From Chloroflexota bacterium (lineage in GTDB: Bacteria > Chloroflexota > Limnocylindria > Limnocylindrales > CSP1-4): DNA of 39,812 nucleotides. This document shows, one piece after another, positions 1-9,167 of this stretch. Positions within the stretch are counted from its first letter, which is position 1. The number at the start of each line of letters is the position of its first letter. The notes under the pieces were generated by a model that saw nothing but the letters and a program-made list of their open reading frames with translations, did not search any database and was not told where the DNA came from. Both the position numbers and the translations under genes were made by a program. The DNA is taken from contig JANYJI010000026.1 in NCBI GenBank assembly GCA_025358525.1, positions 1 through 39,812 of the forward strand. The letters are read 5' to 3'.

Positions 1-698
1 GCCGCATCTGACGCGAGGAAGACGATTGGGTCGGCGATCTCTTCCGAGGTCGCGATCCGGCCCAAGGCGATGCGCTGGTTGTATGCCTTCCTGACTTCGG
101 GCGTATAGGCCTCGATGTTTAGGGGTGTGTCGGTGGCACCCGGAGCAATAGCGTTCACCGTTATGCCAAGCGGAGCCAGCTCGAGGGCCAGCGCTTTGGT
201 CAGGGCGACAATGCCACCCTTCGCCGTGGCGTAGGCAGACATGTTGGCAATTGGCTGAACGTCAATGACCGATGTGACGTTTATGATGCGGCCTCCGCCC
301 TGGGACGCCATCTGACGTGCTGCGGCTCGACAGCCGTAGATGTACCCAAATAGGTTGCACGACAGAAGGTCATGCCAGTCGGCATCGGTCATTGACAACA
401 TCGGCCGCACGAAAAGACGTGCCGCGTTGTTGATCCAGATGTCGATCCCGCCCCACGCCTCGACAACCGAGGCCGCCAACCGGTCGATGGTCGCCGAGTC
501 TCTCGTGTCGCCGCGCAGTATCAGAGCTCGTCTTCCACACGCCTCGATCGCCTTCCGGGTCGTCTCAGCTCCCTCGGTGTCGGTTTGGTACAGACCTGCC
601 ACGTCCGCGCCTGCCTGAGCAAGAGCGATAGCCGCGGCCTGCCCGATCCCCCGGGAGATCCCAGTGATCACCGCGCGTTTTCCCGCTAGATCGAACAT
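1..698 (-). CDS. Short-chain dehydrogenase/reductase (SDR), C-terminal end cut by window edge
   Basis: Absent from the ORF track because its stop lies outside the window. Reverse-strand ATG at 698-696 has AGGAGG 6 nt upstream. Translation reads MFDLAGKRAVITGISRGIG (TGxxxGIG Rossmann motif), later NMSAYATAKGG (catalytic YxxxK), and GRIATSEEIADPIVFLASDAA at the window edge. Confidence 0.85.
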   Translation of the reverse strand, partial: MFDLAGKRAVITGISRGIGQAAAIALAQAGADVAGLYQTDTEGAETTRKAIEACGRRALILRGDTRDSATIDRLAASVVEAWGGIDIWINNAARLFVRPMLSMTDADWHDLLSCNLFGYIYGCRAAARQMASQGGGRIINVTSVIDVQPIANMSAYATAKGGIVALTKALALELAPLGITVNAIAPGATDTPLNIEAYTPEVRKAYNQRIALGRIATSEEIADPIVFLASDA

Positions 699-755
699 CC
701 TGATCCTCCTGTGATTGGCTCTCCCGCTTGCGTGATCGCCGCTGGCGCGCCTCGC

Positions 756-2309
756 TTAGCGGTTGCCCGGGAAGACCAGGCTGAGGGCCTCCCGACGTCC
801 GGGCTCCGGCCAGCGGACGGTGACCATTTTCTCCTGGGTAAAGAAGCGGACGCCGTCTTCACCGCGCATCTTGAGGTCGCCGAAAGCCGAGCCGCGCGTG
901 CCGCCGAACGAGAGGTAGCCCGCCGGCACGGGAATGGGCACGTTGATCCCGATCATCGGGACATCCACCTCGAGCTCGAAGCGGCGAGCAGCTCCGCCGT
1001 CGGTGGTGAAGATCGCGGTACCGTTGCCGTACTGGTGGCCATTGATCATCGCCAGCGCTTCGTCGTAAGTCGTGGCTCGGACGATTCCGAGCACCGGCCC
1101 AAAGATCTCCTCGCGGTAGATCCCCATCTCGGGCGTTACGTGGTCGAAGAGGGACACGCCCAGGAAGTAGCCGTCCGGATGGTCGGCGACGTGAAACTGC
1201 CGACCATCGTGGAGCAGCTCAGCGCCCTCGGCGATGCCCTTGTCGATCCATTCGATGATCGAGGCACGGTGCTCGGCCGAGTAGACCGGGCCCATGTCGA
1301 CGTCCGGCTCCATGCCGGCGCCGATCTTGAGCCTGGAGATCCGCTCGTCCATGAGGGGCAGCAGGCGATCCGCGGCGTCGCCGATGGTGATGATCAGGGT
1401 CTGGGCCATGCAGCGCTCGCCGGCCGAGCCATAGCCCGACGCCACCGCTGCGTCCGCTGCGAGTTCCATGTCCGCGTCGGGAAGCACGAGCATGGCGTTC
1501 TTGGCGCCCGTATACGCGCCGACCCGCTTGCCGTTTTTCACGCCGGTCTCGTAGACGTAGCGGCCGACCGCAGTCGAGCCAACGAACTGGATGGCGTCGA
1601 CGCCGGGGTGCTCGAGGATTGCCGCAACCGCCTCGCGGCCGCCATAGACGACGTTGAAGACGCCGTCCGGGAGGCCGGCTTCCTTCCATAGTTCCGCCTG
1701 GAGCTGCGTGGCGCCCGGTGTGTGCGAGGAGGGCTTCCAGACGAACGTGTTACCGCAAGCCAGCGCGATCGGGTAGATCCACATCGGGACCATCACCGGG
1801 AAGTTGAACGGAGTGATTCCCGCGGCCACGCCGAGCGGCTGACGGAGCGTGTGGGCGTCGACCTTGGTCGACACATTGGGTGTGTTCAGGCCGGCCAGGT
1901 GGATGGGCAGCCCGCATGCAAACTCGACCGTTTCGAGGCCCCGCATGACCTCGCCGAGAGCGTCGGGAAACGTCTTGCCGTGGTCCCGCGAAATGAGCGC
2001 GGCGAGTTCCTCACGGTGGCGATAGACGAGTTCTCGGAAGGCGAAGAAGATGTGGCTGCGGGCCATGAGCGGCATGTCGCGCCAGCCCGGGAATGCCCGC
2101 CGGGCGGCGGCGACCGCGGCGTCGACCTCGGCTGCTCCACCGCGCGGAACCCGAGCGATGACGGCGCCGGTTGACGGATCGTGGACTGGTCCGGTGCGCT
2201 CGGGCAGGACCTCGACCGAGCGGCCATCGATCCAGTGGCTCATGATCGGGGCGGGGTGCTGATTGGCGGCCTCGGCAGGCCGGCGGGGCTGAGTGGTCGG
2301 CGCAGTCAT
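756..2309 (-). CDS. mmsA: CoA-acylating methylmalonate/malonate-semialdehyde dehydrogenase (MmsA/IolA family aldehyde dehydrogenase)
   Basis: 517-aa ORF. Motifs FNFPVMVPMWIYPIALACGNTFVWKPS, YTGAKNAMLVLPDAD (the MMSDH-type replacement of the ELGGK motif) and catalytic Cys in SAGERCMA. Confidence 0.85.
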   Translation of the reverse strand: MTAPTTQPRRPAEAANQHPAPIMSHWIDGRSVEVLPERTGPVHDPSTGAVIARVPRGGAAEVDAAVAAARRAFPGWRDMPLMARSHIFFAFRELVYRHREELAALISRDHGKTFPDALGEVMRGLETVEFACGLPIHLAGLNTPNVSTKVDAHTLRQPLGVAAGITPFNFPVMVPMWIYPIALACGNTFVWKPSSHTPGATQLQAELWKEAGLPDGVFNVVYGGREAVAAILEHPGVDAIQFVGSTAVGRYVYETGVKNGKRVGAYTGAKNAMLVLPDADMELAADAAVASGYGSAGERCMAQTLIITIGDAADRLLPLMDERISRLKIGAGMEPDVDMGPVYSAEHRASIIEWIDKGIAEGAELLHDGRQFHVADHPDGYFLGVSLFDHVTPEMGIYREEIFGPVLGIVRATTYDEALAMINGHQYGNGTAIFTTDGGAARRFELEVDVPMIGINVPIPVPAGYLSFGGTRGSAFGDLKMRGEDGVRFFTQEKMVTVRWPEPGRREALSLVFPGNR

Positions 2310-2457
2310 CGTTCTCTCCTTCGGGCTTGGTATCTGCTCAACAGCGATCGCTTCGTAGACCTGGTCCCGACCGCTACCGATGATCCCGAGCCTTCGTGCA
2401 ACTCGTCTAGGTGGTTAGTGGCGATGATTTGTCTCGTCTCGTCGATGGCGCCCGACG

Positions 2458-3423
2458 CTAACCGTCGGTGGCGTCTTCGTCGCGTTCAAGTCCGTCAACT
2501 AGCTGGCCGAGCGCGACGTAAGCTCGGTCCCGGAGGGAGGCCATTGCCGCTGCCTGGGCCGGACTCTTTATCACGAACCCGGATCCAGTCTTGGCCCCAT
2601 AGACGCCCCGCGAGACGAGTTCTTTGAGGGACTGTGGTACGGCGAACCGGTCGCCGAAACTATCTTCCAGGACCTGATAGGCGCCCCGGTAGACGTCCAG
2701 GCCGGCCATGTCGGCGATCGCAAAGGGACCGAAGATCGGCAGCCTGAACCCGAACGTCGTCCGCACGATACGGTCCACGTCCTCAGCCGTCGCGATGCCT
2801 TCTTCCACCACGGCGATGGCTTCCTGGAACAGGGCGTATTGGAGCCGATTGGCAACAAAGCCGGGGCTGTCGGCGACCCGAGCCGGCACTTTTCCGGCGC
2901 GGGTCAGGAGAGCCTCGACGGCGTCAATGACGTCGGCGCCAGTCTGGGGACATGGGATCAGCTCCACGCCGGGGACGAACTGGGGCGGGTTGAACCAGTG
3001 TGTCCCGAGGAACCGTGTGGGATTCTCGAAGCCCTGGCTGAGCGTTTGGATGGAGATGGCCGAGGTATTGGAGCTGATGACCACCTCCCTCCCGGCCGAG
3101 CCTTCGATGCGTCGCAGCACGTCCGCCTTGACGCCGCGGTCCTCATAGACGGCCTCGACGACGTAGTCGGCCCGCTTGACTGCCTCCTCGAGGGAGGTGG
3201 CGCTGCGGACGCGCGACCGAATCTCGTCCGTGCTTCCCGCGCGGGTGAGCCCGTCAGCCTCATGCCTTGCCGACTCGGCAAGGAGACGCTCGACGCCGAC
3301 GGCGGCTTGCTCAGCTGACAGGTCGGCCAAGGCGCAGCGGGCACCGGCCAAGGCAAGCACCTCCGCGATGCCACGCCCCATGTAGCCGGCCCCAATGATC
3401 GCGACTTCATCCGGCCAGGCCAT
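2458..3423 (-). CDS. 3-hydroxyacyl-CoA / 3-hydroxybutyryl-CoA dehydrogenase family, NAD-binding
   Basis: 321-aa ORF. N-terminal IIGAGYMGRGIA (GxGxxG), SNTSAISI and HWFNPP motifs typical of the 3HCDH family. Confidence 0.8.
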   Translation of the reverse strand: MAWPDEVAIIGAGYMGRGIAEVLALAGARCALADLSAEQAAVGVERLLAESARHEADGLTRAGSTDEIRSRVRSATSLEEAVKRADYVVEAVYEDRGVKADVLRRIEGSAGREVVISSNTSAISIQTLSQGFENPTRFLGTHWFNPPQFVPGVELIPCPQTGADVIDAVEALLTRAGKVPARVADSPGFVANRLQYALFQEAIAVVEEGIATAEDVDRIVRTTFGFRLPIFGPFAIADMAGLDVYRGAYQVLEDSFGDRFAVPQSLKELVSRGVYGAKTGSGFVIKSPAQAAAMASLRDRAYVALGQLVDGLERDEDATDG

Positions 3424-3623
3424 CTCAACTCACCTCGTGCACGCGCTTGATCGTTGGTTCATCCGGAACGCTTCGGTCCTGTTGCCCCCGATCGGCAACG
3501 ACCCAATCGGGGCTGAAGACGGCTTGAGCAGGTGGGCTACAGGCGGATCTGCTCGACCAATTCGGCCGTCGACGCTAAGTGAGCTCTGAATGCCGAGAGC
3601 TCGGTAGGGCTGAAGGTAAAACG

Positions 3624-3672
3624 CGGAATGTGACATTCGGCCCTTATAGTACCGTTACCGGTACCGTTATCA
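3624..3672 (+). promoter_or_regulatory. Candidate operator/promoter cluster in the divergent intergenic region upstream of the cupin-transketolase operon
   Basis: 17-bp near-perfect palindrome CGGAATGT-G-ACATTCGG (3624-3640, 7 of 8 arm positions pair). A -10-like TATAGT at 3645-3650. Tandem 12-bp direct repeat GTACCGTTACCG/GTACCGTTATCA (3649-3672). All lie about 75-120 nt upstream of the GTG at 3747. Confidence 0.3.
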
Positions 3673-3746
3673 CTCCCATTACTAGGATGGCATTGACCGA
3701 CACGTCCCAAAAGGGAAGACGGTTCGGTGACTTAAGGGAGGTCGTT

Positions 3747-4121
3747 GTGTTGAAGTCGGTTCGGCGGTCGGAGGCCAAGGTCTACCACCTGCCCGGGCGG
3801 GACTGGACCCTGTTGATCGGGCCAGAGAACAGCCCGGCGAAACACCTCACAGTGAGCGTAACCGTGTTCCCAGCCGGTTCCAAACCGTCCGGGCACGTGC
3901 ACGAGGCCGAGGAGGAGACCGTATACGTGATCTCCGGCCACGGCCGACTGGTGACCCCCGACGACACCGCGGAGCTGGAGCCCGGCGTTGCCGTGTGGAT
4001 TCCGATCGGAACTCACCACGCCACCGAATCTGACGGGCCGGAGCCGCTCGAGATGGTCTGCGTCTTTTCGCCGCCGATCGTGCCCGGCGGCTACGAGCGC
4101 GGCGGCGGGCAGGGTGCCTGA
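3747..4121 (+). CDS. Cupin-domain protein (cupin_2-like, small monocupin)
   Basis: The ORF track gives 3579-4121. I prefer GTG 3747, which has AAGGGAGG 5 nt upstream; ATG 3687 is an alternative. Cupin metal motifs GHVHEAEEETVYVISGHG and WIPIGTHHAT. Confidence 0.7.
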   Translation: MLKSVRRSEAKVYHLPGRDWTLLIGPENSPAKHLTVSVTVFPAGSKPSGHVHEAEEETVYVISGHGRLVTPDDTAELEPGVAVWIPIGTHHATESDGPEPLEMVCVFSPPIVPGGYERGGGQGA

Positions 4122-4122
4122 C

Positions 4123-5007
4123 ATGGGCGTTGCTGTCGATGCCGCGGATATCGCTCTTCTCGAGGACGTCGCCAGGGGCATCCGGGTCGGCATCATCCGC
4201 GGGGTGAATGAGGCCAAGGCAGGCCACCTCGGCGGGCCGCTATCCGCGGCGGACATTCTGGCAGTCCTCTATTTCCACGTCATGCAAATCCGACCCGACG
4301 AGCCGGACTGGCCCGATCGTGATCGATTCGTACTCTCGAAGGGCCATTCGTCGATCGGCCTCTACGCGGCCCTCGCATTGCGCGGGTACTTCCCGGTCGA
4401 GGAGCTCCTGACCTTCGATACGTTCGGATCCAGGTTGCAGGGTCACCCGGACATGACCCGCCTGCCCGGCCTCGACATGTCCACGGGATCGCTCGGGATG
4501 GGCATCTCGGCGGGCGTCGGCATGGCCATCGGGGCGCGCCTGAGCGGTCTCGCCGCGCGGACTTTCGTCATGCTCGGCGACGGTGAGTGCCAGGAAGGCG
4601 AGGTCTGGGAGGCAGCCTTCGTGGCTGCCCGCTACCGCCTCGATAATCTCATCGCAATCGTCGACTACAACAAGCTGCAGCAGTATGGCTGGCAGGGCGA
4701 GGGTCCAGACGACCGCTTGCCGCCGGCTTGGCCCGGCGAACTGGCGGCCAAATGGTCGGCCTTTGGCTGGCGCGTCCTGGAGGTCGACGGCAACGACATC
4801 ACGGCCGTCGTCGGCGCCCTCGAGGAGGCGACCGTTGGTGACGGCCGGCCGGTCGCCATCATCGCCAGCACGATAAAGGGACGTGGCGTCTCCTTCATGG
4901 AGGGCCGCTACTACTGGCACACGCGGCCGTTGACCGCCGCCGAGTTCGCAACAGCCATGGCCGAGCTTGGCGAGCCCGTCACCAGCCCCGAAGGAGGCGC
5001 CGCATGA
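4123..5007 (+). CDS. Transketolase, N-terminal (TPP-binding) subunit of a split transketolase
   Basis: The ORF track's 3988 start overlaps the cupin gene. An in-frame ATG at 4123 lies 1 nt after the cupin stop. Motifs GHLGGPLSAADILAVLYF and GDGECQEGEVWEAA...NLIAIVDYN (TPP GDG-N motif). Confidence 0.9.
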   Translation: MGVAVDAADIALLEDVARGIRVGIIRGVNEAKAGHLGGPLSAADILAVLYFHVMQIRPDEPDWPDRDRFVLSKGHSSIGLYAALALRGYFPVEELLTFDTFGSRLQGHPDMTRLPGLDMSTGSLGMGISAGVGMAIGARLSGLAARTFVMLGDGECQEGEVWEAAFVAARYRLDNLIAIVDYNKLQQYGWQGEGPDDRLPPAWPGELAAKWSAFGWRVLEVDGNDITAVVGALEEATVGDGRPVAIIASTIKGRGVSFMEGRYYWHTRPLTAAEFATAMAELGEPVTSPEGGAA

Positions 5008-6005
5008 CTCTTCCGATGGGACGAGCGATGCGAGAAGCGTTCGGCCAGACCGTTTCGGAACTGGCCACGAGCAACCCGCGCATCGTCATGCTCGACGCCG
5101 ACACCGGTAGCTCGACCAAGGCCGATATCTTTCAGAAGGCCCACCCGGAGCGTTACCTCCAGATGGGCATCGCCGAGCAGAACATGCTCGGTGTGGCAGC
5201 CGGGCTGGCCACGATGGGATTCATGCCGTTTGTCAGCACGTTCGTCCCCTTCGCGGTCGTTCGCCCGCTCGACCAGATCCGGGTCCTCATCGCCCAGACC
5301 GGTCTCAACGTAAAGATCTGCGGTGGCTATGCCGGTCTCTTCATCGGCGCCACGGGCAAGACGCATCTCGTCGTGGACGACCTTGCGATCATGCGGGCGA
5401 TGCCGGGCATGGTGACGGTCGCTCCCGCCGACGACGTCGAGACTGGCCAGGCCCTCCGCTGGGCGGCCACTTACGAAGGCCCGGTCTACGTCCGGCTAGT
5501 CCGCGACGCAACTCAACGCCTGTTCGACGAGACCTACTCATTCGCCCCCGGTCGAGCCGCAATCGTCCGCGACGGCGGTGATGTCACGCTCATCAGCACC
5601 GGGTCGCAAACCCCACGCGTCGTGGACGCCGCAGAACTGCTGGCGGCGCGGGGGATTCAGGCCTACGTTCTACACGTCCCAACCCTTAAGCCGCTCGACG
5701 TGCCAGGGATCGTGGCCGCGGCGGATCGAACCGGCGTGGTCGTGACCGTCGAGGAAGGTACCGTAATCGGCGGTCTCGGCGGGGCGGTCGCGGAAACCCT
5801 CTCGGAGCATCGCCCGACCGTAGTGAAACGGATCGGGCTCCAGGATGTGTTCGGGGAGTCGGCGTCCAACAGCGAGTTGCTCGAGCTGTACGGCCTGTCT
5901 GCGGCGAGAGTCGCCGACCAGGTGCAGGCATTTCTCGAGGCGCGGGTCACCACGGATCATGCGTCCAACTCGATGCCGCTGCCGCAACTCGGACGGGTCC
6001 GCTAG
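5004..6005 (+). CDS. Transketolase, C-terminal (pyrimidine-binding) subunit
   Basis: 333-aa ORF. Its start overlaps the upstream stop (ATGA at 5004). GIAEQNMLGVAAGLA motif and a transketolase C-domain-like tail. Confidence 0.9.
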   Translation: MTLPMGRAMREAFGQTVSELATSNPRIVMLDADTGSSTKADIFQKAHPERYLQMGIAEQNMLGVAAGLATMGFMPFVSTFVPFAVVRPLDQIRVLIAQTGLNVKICGGYAGLFIGATGKTHLVVDDLAIMRAMPGMVTVAPADDVETGQALRWAATYEGPVYVRLVRDATQRLFDETYSFAPGRAAIVRDGGDVTLISTGSQTPRVVDAAELLAARGIQAYVLHVPTLKPLDVPGIVAAADRTGVVVTVEEGTVIGGLGGAVAETLSEHRPTVVKRIGLQDVFGESASNSELLELYGLSAARVADQVQAFLEARVTTDHASNSMPLPQLGRVR

Positions 6006-6234
6006 AGGGTGGAACAGATGAGCCTGCTTACACGAGCCCTCGCCGAGCAGGCATCGCGGCGGTGACGTCGACTCGACAATACCAGCCGCGTCGGTCTCAG
6101 CTTTCCTAGAAGGAGGTTCAGGGAGCTTGACTTGCATCAACCCAGACATTCAGGCCAGCCACGGAAGCAGCCCTGGGCGAGGCTAGAAATACCGCGAATG
6201 TGCCCAGCGTCTCCCGCATTAGCTAGAGGTTGAA

Positions 6235-7419
6235 ATGAACGGAATCCACAGAACAGGCCCACGGTCGAGAGCGCTCGCCGTGCTCGGGATCGGCTTACTG
6301 GTCAGCGCCGTCGTCGGCGCCTGCAGCTCATCCGCCGCGACCCCCACAACCCCGGCCGCCACCCCCACAACCGCGGCTTCAGCTCCCGTAGTCGCGACGG
6401 TTGCTCCCTCGAGCCTGGCCTCCTCGGCCACGGGCCCGTCGACCGCTGCAGGCACCGTTGCGTTCCTGCTCCCGGACAACACCACGCCGCGTTGGATGAG
6501 CCAGGACGCGCCGGCTTTCCAGAAGTGGATGAGCCAGCTTGCCCCGAACGTCAAGGTCATCGTGCAGGTGGCCAACGAAGACCCTCAGACTCAGCTGTCG
6601 CAGGCCAAGGCCGCGCTGACCCAGGGCGCCAAAGTCCTCGTCGTGACGGCGGTTGACGGGACACAGGCAGCCAAGATCGTCGAGGCCGCCCAAGCGGTCA
6701 ACGTTCCCGTCATCGCCTACACCCGTCAGATCCAGAACGCTCCGGTCAAGTACATCACCGGCGACGATCCCCATGAGATCGGCGTCGCTCTTGGTACGTG
6801 GATGGCCGCCCACACCAAGCAAGGTGACACGATCGCGATCATCGCCGGCTCGACAACCGACTCCTTTGCTCACCTTGAACACGACGGATTTATGAGCATT
6901 CTCAAGCCGTTGTTCGATTCCGGCGCACGCAAGATGGTCGGTGACGTCTGGACTCCCGAGTGGAATCCGGTAAAGGCGCACGCGGAGATGGACGCCATTC
7001 TCACCAGTAACCAGAACAACGTGCAGGGCGTTCTTGCCGCCAACGACTCCACGGCAGAAGGCGTCATCGCCTCGCTGAAGACCCACGGACTTGCAGGCAA
7101 AATCCCTGTTACGGGAATCGACGCTACGCTCTCCGCTGACCAACTGATGCTCAAGGGATTGCAGAGCATGAGCGTGTGGCGGTCCGTCGACGACGAGGCC
7201 CAGTACACCGCTCAGCTGGTGGTAGGCCTGTTGACCGATCAGAAGCCGGCGGCGGACTTCTTCACCACTACCGTGAACAATGGCTACGGCGACATCCCGA
7301 TGAAGTCGGTCCCATCGAGGGTTATCGACATCACCAAGTTGCAGGACTTGATCGACGCCAAAGCAATCGACAAGACCGCTCTGTGCCAGGGCATTGCCGC
7401 CGGGACGGGGCCATGCTAA
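6235..7419 (+). CDS. Sugar ABC transporter substrate-binding lipoprotein (CUT2 / periplasmic-binding-protein type I, xylose/ribose-like)
   Basis: 394-aa ORF. Signal peptide with lipobox VVGAC, a T/P/A-rich linker, then a PBP type-I body (VAFLLPDNTTPRW..., VPVIAYTRQI, VTGIDAT). Confidence 0.85.
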   Translation: MNGIHRTGPRSRALAVLGIGLLVSAVVGACSSSAATPTTPAATPTTAASAPVVATVAPSSLASSATGPSTAAGTVAFLLPDNTTPRWMSQDAPAFQKWMSQLAPNVKVIVQVANEDPQTQLSQAKAALTQGAKVLVVTAVDGTQAAKIVEAAQAVNVPVIAYTRQIQNAPVKYITGDDPHEIGVALGTWMAAHTKQGDTIAIIAGSTTDSFAHLEHDGFMSILKPLFDSGARKMVGDVWTPEWNPVKAHAEMDAILTSNQNNVQGVLAANDSTAEGVIASLKTHGLAGKIPVTGIDATLSADQLMLKGLQSMSVWRSVDDEAQYTAQLVVGLLTDQKPAADFFTTTVNNGYGDIPMKSVPSRVIDITKLQDLIDAKAIDKTALCQGIAAGTGPC

Positions 7420-8228
7420 ATGGAGGTCCGGGCCGCCGCCTCGTGAGGCGGCGGCCCGCCTCTCCTCCGCCCGACGCTGCGTTGGGTGGAGGAGAGGTCC
7501 TCAGGGTGGTGGACGTCACTAAGTGGTACGGCGGCGTACAGGCGCTGGACCGAGTGAGCATGTCCGTCGACTCAGGGGAAGTGGTGGCTCTCGTCGGGGA
7601 CAATGGTGCGGGCAAGAGCACCCTGGTGAACGTCATCGCAGGCATTATCACGCCGGACGAGGGTGAGTTGTACGTTCGAGGAGAACGCCTGGCCATCCGC
7701 TCCACGGACGACGCGGCGTTGCACGGAATCCGCACCGTCCACCAGGAACACACTCTCGCCGACAACCTGGACGTGGTTGAAAACCTCTTCCTGGGGCGGG
7801 AGATGTACCGCGGGGTCGGGCCGCTGCGGCGCGTGGACTTCGCCGCCATGCAGAAGAGAACTTGGGCGGCCCTGTCGGACCTTGGCATCAGCACTATCTC
7901 CGACGTCAGGGCTTCGGTGGCCATGATGTCGGGCGGTCAACGCCAGACAATTGCCGTCGCTCGGGCCACGCTGGAGACCTACCCCATCGTTTTGCTCGAC
8001 GAGCCAACGGCGGGCCTTGGTGTCGCGGAGTGCCAGCGGGTCATGGAGCTAGTCCTGCGGCTTAAGGGACAGGGGACGGCGATCGTCATTGTTTCGCAGA
8101 ACATCGAGGAGATCTTCGAGGTCGCCGACCGGATCGTGGTGCTGCACTTGGGCAAGGTGGGGGCAGTATTCCGCCGGGCCGAAACCACCCCCGAGGCGGT
8201 CCTCGGCGCGGTCATGGGGATGGCATGA
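7413..8228 (+). CDS. ABC transporter ATP-binding protein, single NBD (paralog 1, H-loop His replaced by Gln)
   Basis: In-frame ATG at 7413; the ORF-track start 7176 lies inside the SBP gene. Walker A GDNGAGKST, Q-loop HQEH, signature MSGGQRQ, Walker B VLLDEPT, H-loop region IVSQN (CAG at 8097-8099). Confidence 0.85.
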   Translation: MLNGGPGRRLVRRRPASPPPDAALGGGEVLRVVDVTKWYGGVQALDRVSMSVDSGEVVALVGDNGAGKSTLVNVIAGIITPDEGELYVRGERLAIRSTDDAALHGIRTVHQEHTLADNLDVVENLFLGREMYRGVGPLRRVDFAAMQKRTWAALSDLGISTISDVRASVAMMSGGQRQTIAVARATLETYPIVLLDEPTAGLGVAECQRVMELVLRLKGQGTAIVIVSQNIEEIFEVADRIVVLHLGKVGAVFRRAETTPEAVLGAVMGMA

Positions 8229-9094
8229 TGGTTAGTGAATTAGAAGACGCGCGGACTGGCCACTCTGGTCCCGGGCGTCAGGTGGTCCCATTCGCGGCGG
8301 CCCCGGCCGAGCAGCTCTCCGCCATGCCGCACGATGGCGGATCTGTGAACGGCGGCGAGGCGCTACGAGTGGCGGACGTCTCCAGGTCATTCGGGCTGGT
8401 GCAGGCGCTGGACCGGGTCAGCTTGTCTGTGAATCATGGGGAGGTCGTCGCCCTAGTCGGGGACAATGGGGCTGGCAAGAGCACGCTGGTCAAGGTGATC
8501 TCCGGGGTCATAACTCCGGACGAGGGCGAGCTCTACGTCAACGGCGAACGTGTAGCCATCCGCTCCCCGAACGACGCAGCCGACCGCGGCATCCGAACCA
8601 TCCACCAAGATCTGGCCCTCGCTGACAACCTGGACGTCGTGGAGAACCTCTTCCTGGGGCGAGAACTATGTCGCGGCGTTTGGCCGCTGCGCAGGGTGGA
8701 CTTCGCCGCAATGAGGCAGCGCACGACTGCGGTTCTAGCGGAACTCGGCATCGGCACGATCTCCGACATCGGAGTCCCGGTGGCGCAGCTGTCGGGCGGC
8801 CAGCGGCAGACGGTTGCGGTCGCTCGGGCCACGCTGGAGAACTGCGCCATCCTCCTGCTGGATGAACCCACCGCCTCGCTGGGGCTCAAAGAAGCGCGCC
8901 ACGTCCTGGAGCTGGTGCACCGGCTGCGGGCACAGGGGACCGCAATGGTGATCATCAGCCACAACATGCGGCAAGTCTTCGAGGTCGCGGACCGGATCGT
9001 GGTCCTGCACCTCGGCAAGGTTGGCGCAGTCTTCCGCCGGGCCGACACCACCCCTCAGGAAGTCGTCAAGGCGATCATGGGGAAGGCGTCGTGA
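8225..9094 (+). CDS. ABC transporter ATP-binding protein, single NBD (paralog 2, canonical motifs)
   Basis: 289-aa ORF, with ATGA overlap onto the upstream ATPase. Walker A GDNGAGKST, signature LSGGQRQ, Walker B LLLDEPT, H-loop IISHN. It aligns residue for residue with the preceding gene over long stretches. Confidence 0.9.
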   Translation: MMVSELEDARTGHSGPGRQVVPFAAAPAEQLSAMPHDGGSVNGGEALRVADVSRSFGLVQALDRVSLSVNHGEVVALVGDNGAGKSTLVKVISGVITPDEGELYVNGERVAIRSPNDAADRGIRTIHQDLALADNLDVVENLFLGRELCRGVWPLRRVDFAAMRQRTTAVLAELGIGTISDIGVPVAQLSGGQRQTVAVARATLENCAILLLDEPTASLGLKEARHVLELVHRLRAQGTAMVIISHNMRQVFEVADRIVVLHLGKVGAVFRRADTTPQEVVKAIMGKAS

Positions 9095-9167
9095 GGCTTG
9101 CGAAGGGCGGAATTGACGGTCCGGACGAAACCATGAAGGCACTCAATCTGGCGCTGGGAGCGAAACC

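Noticed and set aside
711-1691. 326-aa ORF on the plus strand
   Set aside because: It is antisense to the strongly motif-supported MmsA-type dehydrogenase. It is Arg/Ala/Gly-rich with no recognisable motifs. Long antisense ORFs are expected at this GC content.
3988-4122. N-terminal extensions suggested by the ORF track (also 7176-7412, 27865-28209, 34363-34425, 26749-26868, 27237-27551)
   Set aside because: These extensions overlap the preceding gene or lack family-like sequence. Internal starts give typical domain boundaries, and most have an SD or stop/start coupling.
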